Below, one piece after another: positions 20,458-28,105 of a stretch of DNA of 41,633 nucleotides (positions within the stretch are counted from its first letter, which is position 1; each line of letters starts with the position of its first letter). The notes beneath the pieces were generated by a model, which saw only the letters and a list, made by a program, of their open reading frames with translations, was not told where the DNA came from and made no database searches. The translations under genes and the position numbers were made by a program. This DNA is from Nanobdellota archaeon (GTDB lineage: Archaea; Nanobdellota; Nanobdellia; Parvarchaeales; Parvarchaeaceae), in the NCBI GenBank assembly GCA_021850635.1, contig JAJZLM010000003.1:1-41633 (forward strand), given 5' to 3'.

Positions 20458-21984
20458 ATGGATGTAAGTTCGATTGCAGATTCACTTAACAGGAACGAGA
20501 AAAGTCTACTGGAATCTGTAAAGGATTCTCCGAAATACCTTTCGTATATCTCTACGGCAACAGCCATAGACAAGATGACCCTCCTAAACGCAGCTAGAAA
20601 GCTGCAGGACTACGATTTGGTAAGATTGATCATAGAACCAAAGGTCAAATATATCCTTACAGATACAGGCAAAGGTTACTTAGGGAGAGGGCTACCAGAG
20701 TACGCTATAATCAGAGAAGTCTCTGGAAATATTATGGCGACTTATGCAGACCTTAAGGCGGTCCTGAAACCGGACGAATTGAGCGCTGGCATAGGTCAAC
20801 TTAGGAAGAAAGGGATTCTGAACGAATCCGCAGGAAGATTCTCGGTGGACACGTCTAAGGTAGAGAGCATACGTGCGAAGAACGACATACTAGAGAGAGT
20901 ATACCGCGGAGAAGACGTAGCCGAGAACGATGACCTCACAGATCTTATAAAAAGAGGCATAATAGAAAGATCTATAACCCAAGATGAAAAAGTCGAGATA
21001 AGCGAAAATGGAAGGGCAGTAATTAAGGACCCAAATTTCAGAAAAGAGATGGTAGACAAACTCACGCCAGATATAATCAAGAACTGGAGAGACGTGCAAT
21101 TCAGAAGGTATTCTCTGGATGCAAGGCCACCTCTGCCTCCTATAGGTAAAAAAAATATAACTAAACAGTTCATATCTCAGATAAAAGCAGTATTAGTGTC
21201 GATGGGTTTTGAGGAGATGCAGAGCAATTACGTAGAGTCCAGCTTCTGGAATTTTGACGTAATGATGTTCAAGCAGGACCACCCAGATAGAGACATACAG
21301 GACACGCTCTATCTTAATGGAGTGTCCGCAAAGATCCCTTCAAAACTTCTTGATAACGTAAAAGAAGTCTATGAGAACGGATTCGAAGATAGCAAAGAGG
21401 ACAAGTCTATGGGATATGGCAGAGTGTTCGACCGAGATAAGAGCAAGGCAGTAATAATGAGGGGGCATACGACCGCCACTACATTCAGGTACATATACAA
21501 TAAGATAGCGAAGAACAAAGACGCCCCAGCTAAATATTTCTCGGTGAGTAAAGTGTTCAGGAACGAGACTGCAGACATATCACACCTCCCAGAGTTCTAC
21601 CAAATAGAGGGAGTAGTATACGATGATAATCTGACCGTGTCAAATTTGATGGGTTTCATAGAGGAATTTTATTCCAGGATAGGGATAGACGAGATAAGGT
21701 TCAAGCCTACTTACAATCCGTATACAGAGCCTAGCCTGGAGATACAAGCGTACAGCAAGAACAAGAAGGAATGGATAGAAGTAGGTAATTCAGGGGTGTT
21801 CAGGCCGGAGACTTTGCGTCCATTCGGCATAAAGAAGAATATTATAGCATGGGGTTTCGGTTTGGAGAGAGCTCTAGCTATGAGGTTGGGCGTAAGCGAT
21901 ATACGCTCCATTTATGGTACTTATATGGACATAGACTTTCTCAGAAACGTAGAGAGCGTGAATATCCTTAAGAGGTTCGAGTGA
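20458..21984 (+). CDS. pheS: Phenylalanine-tRNA ligase alpha subunit
   Basis: FWNFD..QDHPDRDIQDT, VFRNE, HLPEFYQIEG, PYTEPS, AWGFGLER. Confidence 0.97.
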   Translation: MDVSSIADSLNRNEKSLLESVKDSPKYLSYISTATAIDKMTLLNAARKLQDYDLVRLIIEPKVKYILTDTGKGYLGRGLPEYAIIREVSGNIMATYADLKAVLKPDELSAGIGQLRKKGILNESAGRFSVDTSKVESIRAKNDILERVYRGEDVAENDDLTDLIKRGIIERSITQDEKVEISENGRAVIKDPNFRKEMVDKLTPDIIKNWRDVQFRRYSLDARPPLPPIGKKNITKQFISQIKAVLVSMGFEEMQSNYVESSFWNFDVMMFKQDHPDRDIQDTLYLNGVSAKIPSKLLDNVKEVYENGFEDSKEDKSMGYGRVFDRDKSKAVIMRGHTTATTFRYIYNKIAKNKDAPAKYFSVSKVFRNETADISHLPEFYQIEGVVYDDNLTVSNLMGFIEEFYSRIGIDEIRFKPTYNPYTEPSLEIQAYSKNKKEWIEVGNSGVFRPETLRPFGIKKNIIAWGFGLERALAMRLGVSDIRSIYGTYMDIDFLRNVESVNILKRFE

Positions 21985-21985
21985 T

Positions 21986-23635
21986 ATGGTGATGATAAAC
22001 ACTACTATAAGCGAGATGAATTCCATACTCAGGAAAAAACTGCTCAGAAAAGACTATGAAGAGGTATGCCTTAGGTACGGGATAGACCTCAGTGGTAGCG
22101 GAGAATACCTCAACTTTGAGATGTCATCTGACAGGATGGAGCTTATATCAAAGTATTCGGTTGGGTTTCTTTTAGGACAACTTTTGAGTGTAAACGTCCA
22201 CAGGTATGAAACCGTTACTGCCAAGCGCGCAGACATAACCATAAACGAAACGCACAGGCCTTTCGTGAATTTACTTCACGTTAAGCTCAACGGGAAAGCT
22301 GGAGACGTAATGGATGAACTAATCACCATACAGGACAAATTCGACAAGACTATCGGCAGGGACAGGAGAGTAGCGGCAATAGGAATGTTCGATTACGCCA
22401 AGTTAAAATTCCCGTTAAAATACTTGGAGATAGACGGCAAAGACGTTTCTTTTGTTCCACTGAATTACTCTGACAAAAAAACATACAAGGAGATATTGGA
22501 TGAGACGGATAAAGGCAGACAGTACGGGCATCTGTTGGGGAGCAAGCCTACAGCTTGGGTACAGAAAGGAGGGGATATATTCGCTCTCCCGCCTATCGTA
22601 AACGCAGACTTTTCTTCTCTCTCAAGCGATTCCAAAACTATACTCATAGACGTAACCGGTACAGACAAAGATGTGGTGAATGCCCTGACAAAGGCGTTGA
22701 TATTCAACATGCAGTTTTTCGGCGAGGTCAGCGTGCTAAAACCAGACTATTCGAGCAAAAGAATCGAAACCGGGATAGACTTTAAGCAGGTTCCTCTATT
22801 CTTGAAGGAGAAGGGAATAAAAGATGTTTTAGGTGTAGAAATAAGCAGCGGCGATATCAAGAGTACACTGTCTAGGCTTGGGTACCAGGTATCAACTGTG
22901 AGTGGCGGTCTATACGCGACACCACCTTTTTATAGGGGCGACGTTATCCATCAAGTCGACGTGATAGACGATATAATGAGAGTATACGGCTTAGACAAAA
23001 TAAAACCTGACTTTAGTAGAAAGTACACACCGGGAGCGACTTTGCCTGGGTCTCAGATAATAGAAATAATCAGGGATACACTTGTCGGGATGGGATACCA
23101 GGAACTTGACCTAAATATTATGACAAACGAGTCGTATCAGTTCAATAAAACAGGAATAAACGCCTCGGACTATGCGTCGTTTGTAGACACAAAGAACGCG
23201 GATGCAACTATGGTTAGGATAAATATAACGCCAGAAGCCCTGCACTTCGTGTCGAATAATCTGCATAAGAAGTTCCCGCAAAAAGTTTTTGATATAGGAT
23301 TTATAGTTTCGAAGGCGAACACAGATGTGAACTTCGCAAACGAAGAAAGGCTGTGCCTGCTTTCATGTGGCGCTGATTCTAACATGAGTGAAATGATAGT
23401 AGCATTGGAGAAGGTGATACACGAAGCCGTCGGTGACAAAGGCATGCGACTAGAAGACAGCGGTGACATGGAAGGGTTCTCCAAAACAGTGATAAAAGGA
23501 AGAGCCGGTGTAGTATATTACGATGGAAAGAAGATAGGCGTACTAGGTGAGGTACATCCAAGAGTACTCAATGAATTCGGGATAGAATTGCCTGCATCAT
23601 TCGCCGAAATATACTTGGATAAACTTCTTGTATGA
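21986..23635 (+). CDS. pheT: Phenylalanine-tRNA ligase beta subunit
   Basis: LPPIVNA, IDVTGTD, PFYRGDVIHQVDVIDD, GEVHPRVL; follows pheS. Confidence 0.95.
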   Translation: MVMINTTISEMNSILRKKLLRKDYEEVCLRYGIDLSGSGEYLNFEMSSDRMELISKYSVGFLLGQLLSVNVHRYETVTAKRADITINETHRPFVNLLHVKLNGKAGDVMDELITIQDKFDKTIGRDRRVAAIGMFDYAKLKFPLKYLEIDGKDVSFVPLNYSDKKTYKEILDETDKGRQYGHLLGSKPTAWVQKGGDIFALPPIVNADFSSLSSDSKTILIDVTGTDKDVVNALTKALIFNMQFFGEVSVLKPDYSSKRIETGIDFKQVPLFLKEKGIKDVLGVEISSGDIKSTLSRLGYQVSTVSGGLYATPPFYRGDVIHQVDVIDDIMRVYGLDKIKPDFSRKYTPGATLPGSQIIEIIRDTLVGMGYQELDLNIMTNESYQFNKTGINASDYASFVDTKNADATMVRINITPEALHFVSNNLHKKFPQKVFDIGFIVSKANTDVNFANEERLCLLSCGADSNMSEMIVALEKVIHEAVGDKGMRLEDSGDMEGFSKTVIKGRAGVVYYDGKKIGVLGEVHPRVLNEFGIELPASFAEIYLDKLLV

Positions 23636-24081
23636 ACTGCGAGCTTTGTGGATTCACAGACGATAAATTCTATAGAGTAGAGATAGAGGGTGCAGTGATG
23701 ACGGTCTGCTCAAAATGTTCATCATTCGGCAAAATAATCAAAGAGGTAGAGGAACATGAAATAGAAAAGAAACCACAGAAATCATACGGATTCGTAGAGA
23801 GAAGCTTAAAGATGGATTACCTTGAGATACTTAATAATGCAATGAATGAGAAAAACATGACGGCAGAGAAGCTGGCAGAGGAAATAAAAGAGTCCCCATA
23901 CGAGATTAAAAAGATACTAAAAGGAAAGATAATGCCTACAGATGCAATAGCTAAAAAAATAGAGAGCGCTCTTAAGGTATCCATATATGAGGATATAGTC
24001 GGCACTTTCAAACCGACTAAGGAGTCCAACGAAGTTTCTATAGATTACATCGCTCAGATAAAACAAATGAAGCAGGGGTAG
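23632..24081 (+). CDS. mbf1: Archaeal multiprotein bridging factor aMBF1 (Zn ribbon + HTH)
   Basis: CELCG...IEGAVMTVCSKC followed by Cro-like HTH; its stop codon lies inside the tRNA-Leu gene. Confidence 0.9.
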   Translation: MNCELCGFTDDKFYRVEIEGAVMTVCSKCSSFGKIIKEVEEHEIEKKPQKSYGFVERSLKMDYLEILNNAMNEKNMTAEKLAEEIKESPYEIKKILKGKIMPTDAIAKKIESALKVSIYEDIVGTFKPTKESNEVSIDYIAQIKQMKQG

Positions 24082-24157
24082 CGAAGCCCGGTCCAACGTG
24101 TGAGGCTTAGGACCTCATGGCTTAGCGCCCTCGTGGGTTCAAATCCCACCCCCTGCA
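24072..24157 (+). tRNA. tRNA-Leu(TAG), no intron
   Basis: GCAGGGG/CCCCTGC + A73; TGAGG-CT-TAG-GA-CCTCA arm; long variable arm. Confidence 0.93.
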
Positions 24158-24172
24158 TTTATGCTCGCATTA

Positions 24173-24323
24173 AAGACGTTTTCTAAACTAGAGAGTCACC
24201 GCTCGTCATATCATCCGGTCGAATTAAGCTAGTCTTATCAAATGTGAGCGGGAAAACCCACACTCTTTAGAGGTGGGAGGATGTCACCCTAAGAACCGTG
24301 AGATAGTAGGTGCTTAGCGTTTT
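24173..24323 (+). ncRNA. Candidate structured RNA, 5S-rRNA-like, interrupted by a 49-bp mini-IS
   Basis: With 24239-24287 removed, about 102 nt fold by eye as a three-way junction and contain CTCGT..CCGG..GAATTAAGC; not confirmed with a covariance model. Confidence 0.35.
24239..24287 (+). mobile_element. 49-bp single-hairpin IS200/IS605 derivative, copy 1
   Basis: CAAATGTGAGCGGGAAAACCCACACTCTTTAGAGGTGGGAGGATGTCAC; identical to 34143-34191(-); first 40 nt identical to the IS left end at 41350; preceded by TTAT; no target duplication. Confidence 0.9.
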
Positions 24324-24398
24324 CTGCTAAAAACTATAAAAAGCATTTAAATATTACCAAAATCATTAAGTAGTATAATTAAAAATGGAAAACGTGAG

Positions 24399-24797
24399 GT
24401 GTTTATGGTGAATTTGCCTTTCGACAAGTTTTTGGATCTGTTCAAGAAGAAAGTGAACCTTGAAGAATCTAATGAGTACGTTGAATTGGAGGTAGACCAA
24501 AAAGATAGGCCTATCGCAAAGATGTATGTGAAGTATTTCGCTCTTGTGAAATTCGAGGACGCAGGCTCAGTTCTAAACGACATAAGATCAGGTTCGACGC
24601 TGTTGTTCATAAAGATAAAGGACATAAAAGATAAAGGCGGCATAGAAGAGCTGAAGAGGACTATTTCAAAGATAAAGAGGAGCGCTGACGCATCGGAAGC
24701 GCAGGTCGTAGGGATAGATGAGGATTACATCCTGGTCGTGCCTAACTTCGTGAAAGTGGAAAAAGGGGAGATTTTATCCCAGACTCCTACAGTTTAA
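24399..24797 (+). CDS. sepF: Archaeal SepF (DUF552) cell division protein
   Basis: N-terminal amphipathic helix; EYVEL; DIRSG..LFIKI; ELKRTISKIK; YILVVP.FVKV. Confidence 0.8.
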   Translation: MFMVNLPFDKFLDLFKKKVNLEESNEYVELEVDQKDRPIAKMYVKYFALVKFEDAGSVLNDIRSGSTLLFIKIKDIKDKGGIEELKRTISKIKRSADASEAQVVGIDEDYILVVPNFVKVEKGEILSQTPTV

Positions 24798-25126
24798 TCA
24801 GAAGAGTTCTCTGTTAGAGCTAAGGCAGCTGCGGCTATAGCTGGTTTGTCCTGGTCCTTGATTATATTTAACATCGTAAACTTTTCGCATATAGAATCGA
24901 TCTCAGGCTTTTGAACGCGTCTTACCTTGATTGTATTGAACTGAAACTCTACATCCTTGTAGATTTCTACCGTGCTTTCATCCATACCTACTGTATCCGG
25001 TTTTGCAGTATCGAGTATGTTTTTTGCATCGTTAACGTTCTTTACTCTGTATATTTGGACCGCCGAATTTATCAGTACTGCCACTATCAATTGACCGTTC
25101 ACTATAGTTATTCCCGCGCTTTTCAT
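24794..25126 (-). CDS. Hypothetical protein, possible small RNase H-like fold
   Basis: Beta-beta-beta-alpha-beta pattern (AGITI..LIVAVL..KPDTVGMDE) and C-terminal AIAAAALA helix; fold assignment tentative. Confidence 0.5.
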   Translation of the reverse strand: MKSAGITIVNGQLIVAVLINSAVQIYRVKNVNDAKNILDTAKPDTVGMDESTVEIYKDVEFQFNTIKVRRVQKPEIDSICEKFTMLNIIKDQDKPAIAAAALALTENSSD

Positions 25127-25670
25127 AGATCTTTACCAACAGCAATTCTTCAAAGAAGAATTTCTTCCTGTCTAGAACTTTAAACTCAAAGTTAATAGAT
25201 TCCAGCGCCTTATAAACTTTACGCACGTCGTATACGGTGGAAATTATCAGGTAAATCTCGCCGCCTTCTTTGAGATGCTGCTTAGACTGCTTTAGTGCTT
25301 CTATTGTCAGCTCGTACCCATCTTTGCCACCACTAATAGACAGTTCAGCTGCATCTTTTCCGTTCCTATCGCCGGGCAAGTATGGAGGGTTCATATATAT
25401 AACGTCAAACGACAAACCCGCAAGGTCACTGAAAAGATCGGATATGACGGTCTTACAGTTTGTTAGGCCATTTTCCTCGATTTTTTGGTCTATAAACTTT
25501 ATGGAAGACTGATTTATGTCCGCGAACGTGACGCTTTTAGCCTTTTTGGCGGCTTCCAGGCCGACCACTCCCTTACCAGCGAACAATTCAAGTACGTCTC
25601 CTCTCGCGTACTCAACCGCTTCTGATAGTAACACAGAATCTTCCGCAGGGTCGTATACGAAACCATCCAT
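25032..25670 (-). CDS. HemK/Mtq2-family N5-glutamine methyltransferase
   Basis: VYDPAEDS.LL, VLELFAGKG, NPPYLP, SGGKDG; start may be 25670 (ATG) or 25700. Confidence 0.88.
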   Translation of the reverse strand: MDGFVYDPAEDSVLLSEAVEYARGDVLELFAGKGVVGLEAAKKAKSVTFADINQSSIKFIDQKIEENGLTNCKTVISDLFSDLAGLSFDVIYMNPPYLPGDRNGKDAAELSISGGKDGYELTIEALKQSKQHLKEGGEIYLIISTVYDVRKVYKALESINFEFKVLDRKKFFFEELLLVKIYEKRGNNYSERSIDSGSTDKFGGPNIQSKER

Positions 25671-25800
25671 TTTCCCCTCGTCCGTAGTTTGATATCCCAC
25701 ATTTGAAATTGCCGTGAAAGATTTATTAATGTTAAGGTTTATAATTTAACAGTGGTTGATAGGTGCTTTAAGCTTATACGCCTGTGTATGTTGTGAAAGT

Positions 25801-26283
25801 ATGGTAAAAAAGACGAGTCTGTATGTAATATCCGGCTCAGTGGTGCTCTTTATAGCGCTACTCATAGTGTCCGTGGTATATTCACCTAGGTCTCCAGTAG
25901 AGGCACTACAAACTGTCACTGTCAACTGCACTGGCGCAAACTTATCCTTCACGTACTACACCCCAAGCTCCATAAATGCACAGATAGATACGAATACTTT
26001 CGGAGTGGTACACGTCAATAGCACGGGCAACACCAATTCGTCTGTTAGCCTTACTGCTGATCAGACGGATGGACTTTCTGTGAGCGTGGCGAAGCCTTTC
26101 AACATGTCTTCGGGTAAGTACAACTACTACACGGAATACGAGATAATAAACCCCACTCTTTTAGGCAATTATACGCTGAACTTCAATCTTTCAAACTTCA
26201 GAGGATCGTGTCAGTATTCGAAGTCGTTCGACGTGAATGTACATGTAGTCAAATCACCGCAGAATTCGACTAACTCATCGTAA
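25801..26283 (+). CDS. Membrane-anchored extracellular protein (hypothetical)
   Basis: KK followed by TM helix; S/T/N-rich beta-like region with many NxS/T sequons; two Cys. Confidence 0.7.
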   Translation: MVKKTSLYVISGSVVLFIALLIVSVVYSPRSPVEALQTVTVNCTGANLSFTYYTPSSINAQIDTNTFGVVHVNSTGNTNSSVSLTADQTDGLSVSVAKPFNMSSGKYNYYTEYEIINPTLLGNYTLNFNLSNFRGSCQYSKSFDVNVHVVKSPQNSTNSS

Positions 26284-26287
26284 TAAG

Positions 26288-26626
26288 ATGGAAAACAGCA
26301 TAATAACAGACAGGTCTCTCAGTACGATAGACAAGTCCAAAGACTATAAAGTTAGAGTCGTAGGTACTGTGGAGTCCATAGATGAGGGAATAGGCACATT
26401 CGTGCTTTCCGATGGAGGCGTAAAAATAACATGCCTGCCCCCAGTGTCTCCGAACGAAAAGCCAGAAAAAGGAGAAAAAGTCACGGTCGTAGGCAGGGTA
26501 GCCCAGGCAGGAAACGATGAGGTTGAGATAAGGACGGACCACATAGAAAGGATATCAGAGGCAGACTACGAAAATTACAATAAATATTTAAAGCAAAGAA
26601 GAGACTTATTAAGTAATGGAAGCTGA
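26288..26626 (+). CDS. Single OB-fold protein (RPA small-subunit-like)
   Basis: KVRVVGTV, FVLSDGG, GEKVTVVGRV; immediately upstream of PCNA. Confidence 0.75.
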   Translation: MENSIITDRSLSTIDKSKDYKVRVVGTVESIDEGIGTFVLSDGGVKITCLPPVSPNEKPEKGEKVTVVGRVAQAGNDEVEIRTDHIERISEADYENYNKYLKQRRDLLSNGS

Positions 26627-27356
26627 ATTAAAGGATTCTGAATTGTTCAAAAAGATAATGGAGACAGTAGGTAGCCTAATGGCAGACGTTTCTATAGACT
26701 TTACGCCAGAAGGAATGTCGATAAAAGCCATGGATCCTGCCAATATAGCAATGATACTGTTCGAGAGCGGAAAAGACATGTTTGACACATTTAAGGTAGA
26801 CAAAGACACCAAACTTTCGGTGTCTTTAGATGATTTAAACGGCATACTCAGGCTGGTAAAGAAAGGAGACAAGGTCAAGATAAACGACAACGGATCAAAA
26901 ATGAATCTTGATATAAACGGCAAAACAAAGATGCATTTTGGCATACCGCTGATAGATGAGAATTATACCACTCAGAAAGTACCGCAGCTAAAGTTCACGG
27001 CCGAAGTGACTATACTAAGTTCGGTGGTCAAGGATGCTATAAAAGCAGGGTTTCTTGTGGACGATTCGCTTTATCTTACAGTGGATAACCAAAGGTTCAT
27101 ACTGAGTTCTAGGAGCGAAGAGAAGGAGTTCTCGGAGGACCTGTACATAAATGACAGCAAGGAACTTTTCAACATAAACTCAGAAGGTTTAACCAGGTCC
27201 AAGTATTCCATAGAATATCTGACAAAATTCGTAAACGCACTCGACCCCGAAAAACCGCTCAAGATGTCTTTCTCTAATAACTACCCGCTCAGGCTAGACT
27301 ATGATTTTGATGCGACTACAAAACTTTCTTTCGTGCTCGCTAACAGAATAGAATAG
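26616..27356 (+). CDS. pcn: DNA sliding clamp PCNA
   Basis: KAMDPANIAM, SKYSIEYL, YPLRLDY, FVLANRIE; 246 aa. Confidence 0.96.
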   Translation: MEAELKDSELFKKIMETVGSLMADVSIDFTPEGMSIKAMDPANIAMILFESGKDMFDTFKVDKDTKLSVSLDDLNGILRLVKKGDKVKINDNGSKMNLDINGKTKMHFGIPLIDENYTTQKVPQLKFTAEVTILSSVVKDAIKAGFLVDDSLYLTVDNQRFILSSRSEEKEFSEDLYINDSKELFNINSEGLTRSKYSIEYLTKFVNALDPEKPLKMSFSNNYPLRLDYDFDATTKLSFVLANRIE

Positions 27357-27361
27357 ACCCG

Positions 27362-27802
27362 TTAGAGAGATAAAAGTTCGTCTTCATAAACAGGTAAATT
27401 GATCAGGAGCTCCTTCAGTCCGTTTATGTCGACGCCGAGTATTTTACCGCTGGCCTCAGAGTGCTGCAGCAGAGAATTACTCTTGTTCCTTGTGACTAGG
27501 AGGATTATCTTCCTCTTGTATTCCAATTCAGGACGTAGTTTGACTAGGTTTTCCGCACGTATCTTCTGCTTCCTTATAAATTCGTCTTCTTCAGAAGGAG
27601 GTATGTACGCATGGTCTTTGCAGTCCACAAAGAAACACCTAGTACCATCGTAAGCTATCACGTCGACTTGGAATCTTCTCACGGTCTTGAACCTAACGTC
27701 AGCTTCTGTTTTGTAACCGAAACTCTCAAAAATGTCGTGCACTAACTTTTCAAAAGCCTTCCAGTCCGTGCTTTCGTGCTTTACTTCGACGTCGAAATAC
27801 AT
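27362..27802 (-). CDS. PD-(D/E)XK restriction-endonuclease-like protein (Mrr_cat-like)
   Basis: WKAFEKLV..IF..GY, QVDVIA, VDCK; ATG 27802 preferred because the longer ORF overlaps tRNA-Gly. Confidence 0.78.
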   Translation of the reverse strand: MYFDVEVKHESTDWKAFEKLVHDIFESFGYKTEADVRFKTVRRFQVDVIAYDGTRCFFVDCKDHAYIPPSEEDEFIRKQKIRAENLVKLRPELEYKRKIILLVTRNKSNSLLQHSEASGKILGVDINGLKELLINLPVYEDELLSL

Positions 27803-27811
27803 AATCAAAAA

Positions 27812-27898
27812 TGCATCGGCCGGGATTCGAACCCGGGCCTCCACCTTATCGCTGTATTATTGGCAAGGTGATGTCTTAACCAGCTTGACTACCGATGC
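27812..27898 (-). tRNA. tRNA-Gly(GCC) with 14-nt intron at 37/38 (27847-27860)
   Basis: GCATCGG/CCGATGC + A73; TCACC-TT-GCC-A[ATAATACAGCGATA]A-GGTGG; 4-bp central helix TTGC/GCGA. Confidence 0.92.
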
Positions 27899-27975
27899 CA
27901 GGTAGCTGATACTAACTAGAACTAGACATTCACATTTATAAATTTATAGATAAGCTGGCGATTTACAGTTTGAAC

Positions 27976-28056
27976 AAAAAAAGGAACTTGCTGCCGAGGT
28001 TTATGCCAGCAAGTCCCCTAACAGACAAAATGCCCGCAGTATCTAATCCAGGGTTC
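27976..28056 (-). ncRNA. Candidate small structured RNA or strong terminator (two hairpins + U7)
   Basis: 11-bp stem GGGACTTGCTG/CAGCAAGTTCC followed by T7; upstream imperfect stem; G-U pairs work only on the minus strand. Confidence 0.45.
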
Positions 28057-28105
28057 TATTCCGAATATAGTCAATATTTATCAATGAGCAGATGCTAAGT
28101 GGATT

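Noticed and set aside
3711-24157. Identical tRNA-Leu 3' halves as attL/attR of an integrated element
   Set aside because: Both are complete tRNAs, the intervening 20 kb is core genes, and there is no integrase.
24187-24233. H/ACA or C/D guide RNA (minus-strand UGA-rich loop; plus-strand GTCGAATTAAGC resembles antisense to 16S)
   Set aside because: No properly placed ACA or CUGA box and the pocket geometry does not fit; kept only as a fallback to the 5S-like idea.
27803-27844. N-terminal extension of the nuclease ORF into tRNA-Gly
   Set aside because: GTG inside the tRNA; ATG 27802 gives a complete domain.
27960-28105. Plus-strand metal riboswitch upstream of the P-type ATPase
   Set aside because: No yybP-ykoY or M-box consensus seen; pairing and the U-tract favour the minus strand.
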